Positions 27,494 to 35,080 of a stretch of DNA of 35,080 nt are shown piece by piece. The number at the start of each line of letters is the position of its first letter. Within the stretch, counting starts at the first letter, position 1. The stretch comes from a virus (Duplodnaviria > Caudoviricetes): positions 1 to 35,080 of the IMG/VR virus record IMGVR_UViG_3300050330_000073, one strand, 5' to 3'. A model generated the notes under the pieces. The model worked only from the letters and a program-made list of their open reading frames with translations. It was not told where the DNA came from and did not search any database. Made by a program: the position numbers and the translations under genes.

Positions 27494-28004
27494 GCGTCTC
27501 TATGAGTTTCTGGACCGCGTGCGCTTCGACGCCAAGATCGGCCGCAATCAGGGCCGCGACCCGCGCCGGCCAGTTGAGCCAGGAATCCCGTTCCTCTCGC
27601 GCGAGCCGGAACACCAGCGCCGTCGCGCGCGCGCGATCGACGAGCTCGCCCTTCATGCGCTGTAGGCGCAGCCGCGCGAGATGGGCCTTAGCGATTTCGT
27701 GGGCGGTGCGGGCCTGAACGAAGGTGACGTTGCCGCCGGCGGGAAGACCCTGCTCTTTCAGCGTCTCGCGCACCGAGCCGAGCGCCGCATCCGCTACGGG
27801 ACGGAGCTTCTCGGTTGCCGGCGCGGCCCTCGTTTTGCCTTTGCCGCGCGCCGGGTCCGTGGAGCGCTGCCAGGCAGCGTCGGCTTTGGCGGGATCGATG
27901 GTGCCGTCCGGTTCAAGCGGGATGCGGCCAGCCTTTGCGGCCTTGAGCACGGCCACGTGGCTGACGCCACGCGACTTCGCATATGCGCGGATCGAGATTC
28001 CCAT
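27441..28004 (-). CDS. Terminase small subunit (Nu1-like)
   Basis: N-terminal HTH MGISIRAYAKSRGVSHVAVLKA and coiled coil with KGELVD; immediately upstream of gpA. Confidence 0.82.
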   Translation of the reverse strand: MGISIRAYAKSRGVSHVAVLKAAKAGRIPLEPDGTIDPAKADAAWQRSTDPARGKGKTRAAPATEKLRPVADAALGSVRETLKEQGLPAGGNVTFVQARTAHEIAKAHLARLRLQRMKGELVDRARATALVFRLAREERDSWLNWPARVAALIAADLGVEAHAVQKLIETHVRGHLAELAEIRPELR

Positions 28005-28124
28005 TCAGGTCAGGGCCAGTTTGCACCGCGACATGCCGCTGAAAAAAGATGTCGTCCGCGCGATTATTGACTTGGCTCGCGCTGAGAGCAGCGCGTGTAT
28101 GGCGTCATCAAAACGGAGAGCGCC

Positions 28125-28487
28125 ATGACCAAGGTCCTGCCGAGCAACAACGAAGCCTGGGGATTTTTCGGCACCATCCGCCACCACGTCGATCCTGAGC
28201 AGGCTTGGCCGATTGCGTTCAAGGCCATTGCGACTGCCACTGGCTGTGCCGGCGACGGCGTTCGGGACTTTCTCGACAGCCGCCATGGCCGGCATTTCGC
28301 GGACGATGTGGCGAGCAGACTGTTCGAAGGGTGCGGCTTCGCCGAGGCGATTGATGCCGCGGTGCATCGTTGGATGAATTGGACGATCGACCGCCGCACT
28401 TCTCGCGAGACCGGCATTCCACGCGGACTGCCGTACCTCGTCGGCTTCGTGACCGATTGCGAGATCGTGGCGGAAGCGAACGCGTAA
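28125..28487 (+). CDS. Hypothetical phage protein
   Basis: 120 aa, GGAG RBS, WGFFGT...VRDFLDSRHGRHFADDV; antisense to the late genes. Confidence 0.75.
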   Translation: MTKVLPSNNEAWGFFGTIRHHVDPEQAWPIAFKAIATATGCAGDGVRDFLDSRHGRHFADDVASRLFEGCGFAEAIDAAVHRWMNWTIDRRTSRETGIPRGLPYLVGFVTDCEIVAEANA

Positions 28488-28495
28488 GCGCGCGG

Positions 28496-28565
28496 CTTCT
28501 GGCTCCTGCCGCCCCGCGTTGATGCGGGGCTTGGGGTCGTAGAAGGGTCGCGATGGTCGCGGCTC
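28496..28565 (+). other. Candidate structured RNA leader upstream of the DUF3489 gene
   Basis: Nested stems CTTCT/AGAAG, GGCTCC/GGGGTC, GCCCCGC/GCGGGGC, plus a second hairpin GGGTCGCGA/TCGCGGCTC. Confidence 0.4.
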
Positions 28566-28585
28566 GACTGCGAAGGAGCCATACC

Positions 28586-29155
28586 ATGGTTCGACTTTCC
28601 GATTCTCAAGCCGTTGTTCTCGGCGCCGCCTGTCAGCGGGCGGACCGATCAGTCTATCCCCTCACCACCAAGCTGCCGGGAGCCGCGGCCGCCAAGATCC
28701 TCAGTAGTCTACTGAAGAAGGGCTTCATCGAAGAGCTGCAGGCCAAGCCCAAGGACACTGTGTGGCGTGAGGACAAGAAGAAGGGCCGTCTAACGCTGCG
28801 CGTCACGCCAGCAGCCTTCGAAGCCCTCGGCATCGCTCAAGATGGATCGAGTGGCGAGAGCGAGACCAAGGGCGTTGCACACAGTGAGGCGGACACCGGC
28901 GCGGAGCGGAAGCGCAAGGCGAGCAAAGCACGGGAGAAGCCGACCGCCTCGCGGTCGAACAGCAAGCAGGCCCAGCTCATCGAAATGCTCAAGAGCGCGG
29001 GCGGCGCGACGATCGACGAGATCGTGAAGAAGTTCAACTGGCAGGCGCACACGGTCCGTGGCGCGCTCGCCGGCGCTCTAAAGAAGAAGCTCGGGCTGAA
29101 CGTTCAGTCCGAGAAGGTCGAAGGCCGCGGCCGCGTCTACCGCATTTCAGCCTGA
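28586..29155 (+). CDS. DUF3489 domain protein (basic, putative DNA-binding)
   Basis: SKQAQLIEMLKSAGGATIDEI...WQAHTVRGALAGALKKKLG...RVYRI; AAGGAG RBS before ATG 28586. Confidence 0.88.
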   Translation: MVRLSDSQAVVLGAACQRADRSVYPLTTKLPGAAAAKILSSLLKKGFIEELQAKPKDTVWREDKKKGRLTLRVTPAAFEALGIAQDGSSGESETKGVAHSEADTGAERKRKASKAREKPTASRSNSKQAQLIEMLKSAGGATIDEIVKKFNWQAHTVRGALAGALKKKLGLNVQSEKVEGRGRVYRISA

Positions 29156-29169
29156 TTGGAAGGCAAGCG

Positions 29170-29201
29170 AGCGCCGCCGGATTCAAACCCGGCGGCGCTT
29201 T
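29170..29201 (+). terminator. Terminator hairpin between the convergent DUF3489 and methyltransferase genes
   Basis: AGCGCCGCCGG-N8-CCGGCGGCGCT, an 11-bp perfect stem followed by a short T run. Confidence 0.7.
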
Positions 29202-29206
29202 GCCGT

Positions 29207-30511
29207 TCACGTGATCAACCGCTCGTCCTTCAGCGCATCGAAGGTGCGGCCATCGTCCGCAAATGTCGCCGCGCGTCCGGCATGGCGCTGCCAGCGCTCG
29301 ATGATGACGTCGCAATAGCGTGGGTCGATTTCCATGGCGACGCAGACGCGGCCAACGGACGCGGCCGCGATCAATGTCGATCCGGAGCCCGCGAACGGCT
29401 CATAGACGAATTCGTCCTTGGCGCTGTTGTTGACGATCGGCCGGCGCATGCACTCGACCGGCTTTTGCGTTCCGTGTTCGGTGGCGTCGTCGTGCTCACC
29501 GGTGGCGATGGTCCAGAGTGTAGATTGATCGCGAGCTCCCTGCCAGTGGCCGGTTGAGCCCTTGCGTACCGCGTAGAAGCACGGTTCGTGTTGCCAGTGA
29601 TAATCGCCGCGGCCCAGCACGAGGCGAGGCTTCGCCCAGACGATCTGGGTCCGGATCACGAAGCCGCACGCATCGAGACTCTCGGCCACGGTGCGCGCGT
29701 GGATTCCCGAGTGCCAGACGTAGGCGACCTCGCCGGGGAACAGGCTCCAGGCCTCGCGCCAGTCGGCGCGGTCATCGTTGCTGACCTTGCCGATGCGCGC
29801 TGTGACCGAAACCCCGGATTCGTTGCGCCAATTGGGATCGTACTCGACCCCATAGGGCGGGTCCGTCACCATCAGGTGCGGCCGCGCGTCGCCTAATAGT
29901 CGCTGAACATCGGCTGCAACCGTGGCGTCGCCGCACAACAGGCGATGCGCTCCAAGCAACCAAAGGTCGCCCGGACGTGTGACCGCTTGCGTCGGTCGTT
30001 CGGGAACAGCGTCCTCTTCCTCGGATGCTCCGCCCGCGTCGAGAGCGTCGAGCAGCCGGTCGAGTTCGTCCTCGGCGAAACCCAGCAGGTTAAGGTCGGC
30101 ACCGTCTTCCTTGAGCCGCTCCAGCTCGGCAGACAGCAACTCCTCGTCCCAGCCGGCATTGAGCGCGATGCGGTTATCGGCGAGCCGGAACGCGCGCGCC
30201 TGGGCGTCGGTCAAATGACCGAGCCGGATGACCGGGACCTGCTGCAGCCCGAGCCGCTTGGCGCCGAGAATGCGGCCGTGGCCCGCGATCAGGACGCCGC
30301 GCTCGTCGACGAGGCAGGGAACGTTGAACCCGAACTCCGCAATCGAGCCGGCGATCTGTGCGACCTGCTCATCGGGATGCGTTCGAGCGTTCGCCGCATA
30401 CGGCAAGAGCCGCTCGATCGGCCAGCTCTCGACCTGCAGCGAATCAGTCGTCGGCAGGGATTGCAACCCCGCGCTGGCGCGCGACTGCTTCGAAGGTTTG
30501 GCCTTCGCCAT
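29207..30511 (-). CDS. ParB/Srx-domain amino-DNA methyltransferase (beta class, DPPY); start uncertain
   Basis: PYAANARTH...SIAEFGF...IAGHGR...ADNR; HRLLCGD; VTDPPY; HGTQKP; YEPFAGSGST. Confidence 0.92.
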   Translation of the reverse strand: MAKAKPSKQSRASAGLQSLPTTDSLQVESWPIERLLPYAANARTHPDEQVAQIAGSIAEFGFNVPCLVDERGVLIAGHGRILGAKRLGLQQVPVIRLGHLTDAQARAFRLADNRIALNAGWDEELLSAELERLKEDGADLNLLGFAEDELDRLLDALDAGGASEEEDAVPERPTQAVTRPGDLWLLGAHRLLCGDATVAADVQRLLGDARPHLMVTDPPYGVEYDPNWRNESGVSVTARIGKVSNDDRADWREAWSLFPGEVAYVWHSGIHARTVAESLDACGFVIRTQIVWAKPRLVLGRGDYHWQHEPCFYAVRKGSTGHWQGARDQSTLWTIATGEHDDATEHGTQKPVECMRRPIVNNSAKDEFVYEPFAGSGSTLIAAASVGRVCVAMEIDPRYCDVIIERWQRHAGRAATFADDGRTFDALKDERLIT

Positions 30512-31832
30512 CGAGTTTCACTGGTCGGTCAGGAAAGAGCTTGCGCCACCGGCGGAGAGCAACGTCGACGTATTCGGGCGCAATCTCGATTGCCCTCATC
30601 CGTCGGTCGGTGCGTTCTGCCGCGATGATACTGGTGCCCGAGCCGGCGAACGGCTCGTAGACGATGTCCCGTTCGTTGCTGTAGGCGCGCATCACGAATT
30701 CCGGCAGCGCGACCGGGAACACCGCGGGATGCTCGGTCTCAATGCCGCGCGCCTTGTGCCGCGTGATGCGGATGACGTTGTCCGGGATGCGCGTGTCTTG
30801 AACGCCCTGTCCGGCATGCGTCCACTCGCCGACATGCCCGTCCTTGTGGCGAATGCCGCCATGCGTGTCGTTGACGTGGCCGGCCCATTTGCAGGGCACG
30901 ATCTTGTTCGGCTTGCGGGCCTTGCGATTGAAGTGAAAGACGAACTCGAAGGCCGGCGCCAGCCGGCCGTTCCAATCGCCTGGTAATCCCGGTCCCTGGT
31001 CCCAGACGTAGAAGCCGAAGCGGCGCCAGCCCTGCTCGCGCATCCAGTCGAGCCAAGTCTGCCAATAGGGCTGCCACTCGTTCTCGCGGTGGATCAGGCC
31101 GAGGTTGACGAGGACCTGCGCGACGTCCGTGATCGGCAATGCGGCGAACACGCCGCGCATCAACGTGTCCCAGTCGCTGACGCCGCCCGTCGTGTAGTCC
31201 CGCTGATTGCCGTAGGGCGGCGACGTGAAGACGAGCGCCGCGCGTTCGCCATTCATCACGCGCGCCACGGCCGACGGGTCCGTGCCGTCGCCGCACAGCA
31301 GGCGGTGATGGCCGATCAGCCAGAGATCGCCGATTCGCGAGATCGGCTCGCGAGGCGGTGCCGGCATCTCGTCTGCGGCATCCTCGCCAGCATCAGCGGT
31401 GGCTTCCTCCCCGCTCAGCGGCGCCATGAGCGCATCGAGCTCGGTCTCGGAGAAGCCGGTGAGCGCAAGATCGAAGCCTTCGCCATTCAGGGCGTGAAGC
31501 TCGGCCGCGAGCAGTTCGTCGTTCCAGCCGGCGTTGAGCGCGAGCTTATTGTCGGCAATGACGTAAGCGCGCCGCTGAGCCGGCGTCAGGTGACCGAGGA
31601 CGACGACCGGCACCGTGTCGAGACCAAGCTTGCGAGCAGCAAGCAGCCGGCCATGGCCGGCAACGATGCCACCCTCCGCGTCGACCAGGATCGGATTGGT
31701 CCAGCCGAATTCGACGATCGAGGCCGCGATCTGCGCCACCTGGTCGCCGTCGTGAGTCCGGGCGTTGCGCGCGTACGGGCTCAGCCGATCGAGCGGCCAA
31801 TGCTCGACCGCGTCGGGCAGTCGGGGTTTCAT
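30444..31832 (-). CDS. ParB/Srx-domain amino-DNA methyltransferase (beta class, SPPY)
   Basis: PYARNARTH...SIVEFGW...VAGHGR...ADNK; HRLLCGD; FTSPPY; HPAVFP; YEPFAGSGTS. Start taken at ATG 31832. Confidence 0.92.
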   Translation of the reverse strand: MKPRLPDAVEHWPLDRLSPYARNARTHDGDQVAQIAASIVEFGWTNPILVDAEGGIVAGHGRLLAARKLGLDTVPVVVLGHLTPAQRRAYVIADNKLALNAGWNDELLAAELHALNGEGFDLALTGFSETELDALMAPLSGEEATADAGEDAADEMPAPPREPISRIGDLWLIGHHRLLCGDGTDPSAVARVMNGERAALVFTSPPYGNQRDYTTGGVSDWDTLMRGVFAALPITDVAQVLVNLGLIHRENEWQPYWQTWLDWMREQGWRRFGFYVWDQGPGLPGDWNGRLAPAFEFVFHFNRKARKPNKIVPCKWAGHVNDTHGGIRHKDGHVGEWTHAGQGVQDTRIPDNVIRITRHKARGIETEHPAVFPVALPEFVMRAYSNERDIVYEPFAGSGTSIIAAERTDRRMRAIEIAPEYVDVALRRWRKLFPDRPVKLDGEGQTFEAVARQRGVAIPADD

Positions 31833-31858
31833 TCGGTTTGGTTCGCGGTGTCCCGCGG

Positions 31859-31980
31859 CGGGTGGTAACTGGCTTCGGCGGGTTACCACGCGCGGTTACC
31901 AGGTCGGCCTAGCCAAAAAACGCGCGCCGTTGCGCGCCTCTAGGGCACACAGGCGCCAACGTCGGGTGGTAACTGGTAAC
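31859..31980. repeat. GGTAAC/GTTACC repeat cluster (candidate cosB R sites)
   Basis: CGGGTGGTAACTGG at 31859-31872 and 31963-31976; core GGTAAC at 31864, 31968 and 31975; inverted GTTACC at 31882 and 31895. Confidence 0.7.
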
Positions 31981-32000
31981 TTAGATTTTGCGGCTGGCTG

Positions 32001-32057
32001 TAGCGAAATTTCGGGCCATTGCCCCCCGCATACCATTTTGCGCCAGGGAGGACCCGT
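32001..32057 (-). other. Lambda-like cos site (cosQ-cosN)
   Basis: Minus strand ACGGGTCCT-N20-CGGGG-N16-TTCGCTA versus lambda ACGGGTCCT-N21-CGGGG-N17-TTCGCTA as recalled. The cosQ heptamer GGGTCCT lies at 32049-32055. Confidence 0.75.
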
Positions 32058-32139
32058 GCGTCGGTCTTGCTGATCGTCGAGCGCGCCTCGCCCGAGCTTG
32101 ACGCGAAATTACGCTGAACCGGTCAACTGCGTCTCGCCG

Positions 32140-32167
32140 AAAAATGTCTCACCAAAAAATGTCTCAC
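32140..32167. repeat. Tandem 13-bp direct repeat AAAAATGTCTCAC (candidate late-promoter regulator sites)
   Basis: Exact copies at 32140-32152 and 32155-32167, degenerate GTCTCGC near 32131; upstream of cos and the late operon. Confidence 0.6.
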
Positions 32168-32264
32168 GTTCCAAAATGATCTTGACAGAAGAATCGGGTA
32201 TTGAATCTCCGCTGCGCTCCATTGTTCCCGAAATCAGGTGGCAACACGGCCAAGTCGAGATCAG

Positions 32265-32651
32265 CTAGAAGCAATCCTTAGCACTACGAGAATCGCCCCA
32301 CGCTTGTTCCGTAGCCCACCAAATGATCCAGCCGCCACCGACGATCAAAGCGGCAAGCGCGAGCCAACCGTAGAAGTTTGCTGACGCGAGGCCGGATGCA
32401 AGCACAAGCACAGGAAGGATCATGGCGAGATAGTACGGTCCCGTGTAGCGGCAGTGCGTGCGCCCGCAACGCTTTGCATTGAGGATGCACGCTGTGCCCA
32501 TCCAAATGAGCGCAGCGGACCAAACGGCCGCGCGTGCCGACACCGGGGCGAACAACGCAGCGACTACGGCACCTTTAGGGAGCCACCACGCGATGATGCT
32601 GGTATGGGCCTTACCGAGCCAGTCCCTCGCGGATTGGGCTGCAACGTTCAT
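32265..32651 (-). CDS. mer-associated Cys-containing membrane protein of unknown function
   Basis: Starts 4 bp after the merA stop; about 4 TM segments; ACILNAKRCGRTHCRYTGPYY motif. Confidence 0.75.
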   Translation of the reverse strand: MNVAAQSARDWLGKAHTSIIAWWLPKGAVVAALFAPVSARAAVWSAALIWMGTACILNAKRCGRTHCRYTGPYYLAMILPVLVLASGLASANFYGWLALAALIVGGGWIIWWATEQAWGDSRSAKDCF

Positions 32652-32655
32652 TCAA

Positions 32656-34083
32656 CTACCCGGCACAGCAGGACAGTTTCGCGACATCTTTCTCGAATCC
32701 CAATGCCGCAAGCTTCAAGCCTTCGACGGTTGTGAGATACGGAAAGATCGCGTCGGCAAGATCGTTGGTCGTCAGACCCTGCTGGATGGCGAGCGCCGCA
32801 GTCTGAATGCTGTCGCTTCCTTCGGGCGCGAGAATGTGCGCGCCCAGGAGTTTGCGGTTCTTTCTGTCGGCAACAAGCTTGATGAGGCCGCGCGTATCTC
32901 GCGCCGCCAATGCGCGCGGCACGGCACTGAGGGGTAGCACGGACACTCTCACGTCACGGCCGGCGGCTCGGGCCGCGCCTTCGGTCAACCCGACGCTTGC
33001 CACCTGCGGATCAGTGAATACGACCGACGGCATAGCCGTGTTGTCATAGCGCAGGCTGTTTCCGTTGAGAGCGTTCTTGGCCGCAAGCTTCGCACCGTAA
33101 GCAGCCATGTAAACGAATTGATCGTGGCCGGTGACATCGCCCGCCGCATACACGCCAGGGCGCGTGGTCTGCATTCGATCGTCCACCTGAATGCTGCCGT
33201 TTGCCGCTTGCGCGATCTTGGCTTCTCTCAAGCCAAGCCCCTCGACATTGGGGGCGCGACCCGTCGCAACTAAAATGCGCTCGGCTGTCAGCGTCGTATC
33301 CCGAGCTTCGCGCGTGACGACAAGAGCCGCTCCAGCTTCAGTCTGCCGCGCCTGCTTGTAAGTGACCCCGCACTCAAGAGCGATGCCTTCGTCTCGGAAA
33401 TAGCCTGACAGAGCATCCGAGATTTCCGGCTCCGCCGCCGGCAACAGGTGGCTGCGGCAAACGACTGTGACTTTGACGCCCATGCGCGCAAACATCTGCG
33501 CTAGTTCAGCGCCGATGTAACCCCCGCCGATCACAAGCAATGACTTCGGGAGGCATTCAAGGGATAGCGCGGTGGTGCTTGTCAGATACTCGACAGCATC
33601 AAGACCGGGGATCGAGGGCACTGCAGGCCGTGCGCCCGTGACGATGATAAGGCGCGGCGCCTTGATCAGATCGCCATTGATGGCCACGCCACCTTCGGCA
33701 AGGCGGGCCTGCCCTTCGACGTAAGAGATGTTGTTATAAGCCGGTAAAAGATCGGCGTATTTCGATTGGCGCAGGCTCGAAACGAGCTCGTCTTTCTGCT
33801 GGACGGTCGCTGTCCAATCGCCCACCTGCCCTTTGGCCCTGATGCCTGCGAAGCGCGCGGCGGCGCTGGCCTGATGCTGTGTCTCAGCGGCCCGGATTAG
33901 TGTTTTTGACGGCACGCAACCGATGTTGACGCATGTGCCGCCAAGAGTGCCATGACCAATCAGAGCCACCTGCGCACCTTGTTCTGCCGCAGTGATCGCC
34001 GCCGAAAAGCCTGCCGACCCCGCACCGATGACGGCGAGATCAAATTGCTTGCCGCGATTTCCAGACGCGCAACAGTCACTCAT
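32656..34083 (-). CDS. merA: Mercuric reductase lacking the NmerA domain
   Basis: GAGSAG, GGTCVNIGCVPSK, IGGGYIG, YAAGD, FPYLT and C-terminal LSCCAG. Start at ATG 34083 (MSDCC), overlapping the upstream gene. Confidence 0.96.
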   Translation of the reverse strand: MSDCCASGNRGKQFDLAVIGAGSAGFSAAITAAEQGAQVALIGHGTLGGTCVNIGCVPSKTLIRAAETQHQASAAARFAGIRAKGQVGDWTATVQQKDELVSSLRQSKYADLLPAYNNISYVEGQARLAEGGVAINGDLIKAPRLIIVTGARPAVPSIPGLDAVEYLTSTTALSLECLPKSLLVIGGGYIGAELAQMFARMGVKVTVVCRSHLLPAAEPEISDALSGYFRDEGIALECGVTYKQARQTEAGAALVVTREARDTTLTAERILVATGRAPNVEGLGLREAKIAQAANGSIQVDDRMQTTRPGVYAAGDVTGHDQFVYMAAYGAKLAAKNALNGNSLRYDNTAMPSVVFTDPQVASVGLTEGAARAAGRDVRVSVLPLSAVPRALAARDTRGLIKLVADRKNRKLLGAHILAPEGSDSIQTAALAIQQGLTTNDLADAIFPYLTTVEGLKLAALGFEKDVAKLSCCAG

Positions 34084-34327
34084 GATTTGACGCCTTCTTT
34101 GCTGGCCCGCAGCACGCTTGAGCATTGATGCCGCGACGCCGGAGCCACAGGACGCAGCCGACCGCACCGGCAATCAGCACGGCTGCGATCAGCACGTATC
34201 CCGAATAGGAGAGCCAAGCTGCGAGCGCCGTCACGCTGATGCCCGCAATAATCGCTGGCGTGGCGCAGCAAACCACCGCAAGGGCGCCAACGAGCACTGC
34301 TCCAATTGTGGTACCGGCTGCTTTCAC
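34076..34327 (-). CDS. merF: MerF-like two-TM mercury transporter
   Basis: 83 aa, AVVCCATP in TM1, YVL before TM2, C-terminal CC pair; between merP and merA. Confidence 0.7.
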   Translation of the reverse strand: MKAAGTTIGAVLVGALAVVCCATPAIIAGISVTALAAWLSYSGYVLIAAVLIAGAVGCVLWLRRRGINAQACCGPAKKASNHE

Positions 34328-34334
34328 CGGAGGC

Positions 34335-34619
34335 TCAGCCTTTCGGAGAGGACGGATAGCCGGCGTTCGTCGTCGCTGTCGTCAGCGCCTTCACGTTGGT
34401 CTTTGCGTCGTCGAAGGTCACGATGGCAGTCTTGTTTTTGAATGACACCGAAACCGCTTTGACACCCGGCACGGATTGCAGGCTCGATTTAACGGTGTGC
34501 GGGCACGCGGCGCAGTACATGTTCTGCACCGCGAGCGTCACCGTTTTTTCCGCTGCACGAGCAGACGAAGGACCGATGATGCCGAGCGAGAGCGTAACAG
34601 GGATGACGTACTTCATCAT
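34335..34619 (-). CDS. merP: Periplasmic mercury-binding protein
   Basis: Signal peptide, MYCAACP HMA motif, C-terminal ATTNAGYPS. Confidence 0.93.
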   Translation of the reverse strand: MMKYVIPVTLSLGIIGPSSARAAEKTVTLAVQNMYCAACPHTVKSSLQSVPGVKAVSVSFKNKTAIVTFDDAKTNVKALTTATTNAGYPSSPKG

Positions 34620-34636
34620 TTGATTTGCTCCATTGG

Positions 34637-35050
34637 TTAGGACAGCACGTAGGGGGCGACATAGTCGAAGGCCCAGGCGGCAAGAACAATGACGGTCGCC
34701 GCAATGAGCGCGATCTTAACGAATCTGTTAGGCAATGGCCGTGCGCAAGCCTCACCCTCTGCACAGGCGACCTTTGACGAGCGATAGACCAACCAATAGC
34801 CGGTGCCGATGAAAGCGAGCGTGGCCGCAATGAAATACGGCTGATAGGGCGCAAGCTGCGTGAAGTTTCCAATCCATGCGCCACTGACACCAAGGCTAAA
34901 GAGAACGACCGGCAAAATGCAGCACGACGATGCGGCGAGCGCACCGATGATCCCGCCCGCCGCCGCCAGCTTTTGACCCTTGCCGGGCGAGGCGTTGGCA
35001 GGGCGATCGCTCAATGCAATAGAACCCATGGCGCTGCGCGTTTCGCTCAT
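34637..35050 (-). CDS. merT: Mercuric ion transport protein
   Basis: AASSCCILP...LGVSGAWIGN..L.PYQPYF, ACAEGEACARP, three TM segments, GAGGA RBS. Confidence 0.94.
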   Translation of the reverse strand: MSETRSAMGSIALSDRPANASPGKGQKLAAAGGIIGALAASSCCILPVVLFSLGVSGAWIGNFTQLAPYQPYFIAATLAFIGTGYWLVYRSSKVACAEGEACARPLPNRFVKIALIAATVIVLAAWAFDYVAPYVLS

Positions 35051-35080
35051 TTCGTTGTCCTCTCTGGATCGCGGGCGGTA

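Larger units (their letters stand above)
1653..32167 (-). mobile_element. Prophage late region (lambda-like head, long non-contractile tail, RcGTA-like baseplate, lysis); true element ends not visible
   Basis: Co-oriented, often translationally coupled terminase-portal-protease-capsid-tail-baseplate-lysin genes plus a cos-like site. No integrase or att site seen. Confidence 0.93.

Noticed and set aside
2020-27505. Long plus-strand ORFs (2020-3891, 4212-5570, 6840-8378, 15377-17068, 21424-23463, 25151-27505)
   Set aside because: Antisense shadows of well-supported GC-rich phage genes; Arg/Gly-rich with no recognisable motifs.
30444-30511. 68-bp overlap of the two methyltransferase genes as a special feature
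   Set aside because: Probably a start-call artefact. Similarity to the paralogue begins near the upstream stop codon, so the true start is uncertain.
31859-32167. CRISPR array or iteron origin
   Set aside because: Repeats are short, few, irregularly spaced and in mixed orientation, with no cas or rep gene. The cos/promoter context explains them better.

Overview
Most of the window (about 1653-32167, minus strand) is the packaging, morphogenesis and lysis region of a GC-rich, probably alphaproteobacterial, siphovirus-type prophage. In transcription order it holds a lambda-like cos site, two ParB-domain DNA methyltransferases, a lambda-type terminase/head module (Nu1, A, W, B, C, D, E, FII), tail tube, G/GT frameshift chaperones and a 1038-aa tape measure. 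These are followed by an RcGTA-type baseplate (DUF2460, DUF2163, NlpC/P60, megatron plus a stand-alone duplicate of its N-terminus), a DUF2793/C1q fibre, a two-catalytic-domain endolysin and three membrane proteins. Metal/redox genes sit inside and around the operon with no transposase visible. A DmeF-like CDF exporter and a frameshifted glutaredoxin-MauE plus DUF305 pair lie antisense between baseplate genes, a merT-P-F-A-orf operon lies just beyond cos, and a 5'-truncated phosphoketolase converges on the last lysis gene. No integrase, replication genes, rRNA, tRNA or CRISPR array are visible. All family assignments come from motif recognition by eye, not database searches.
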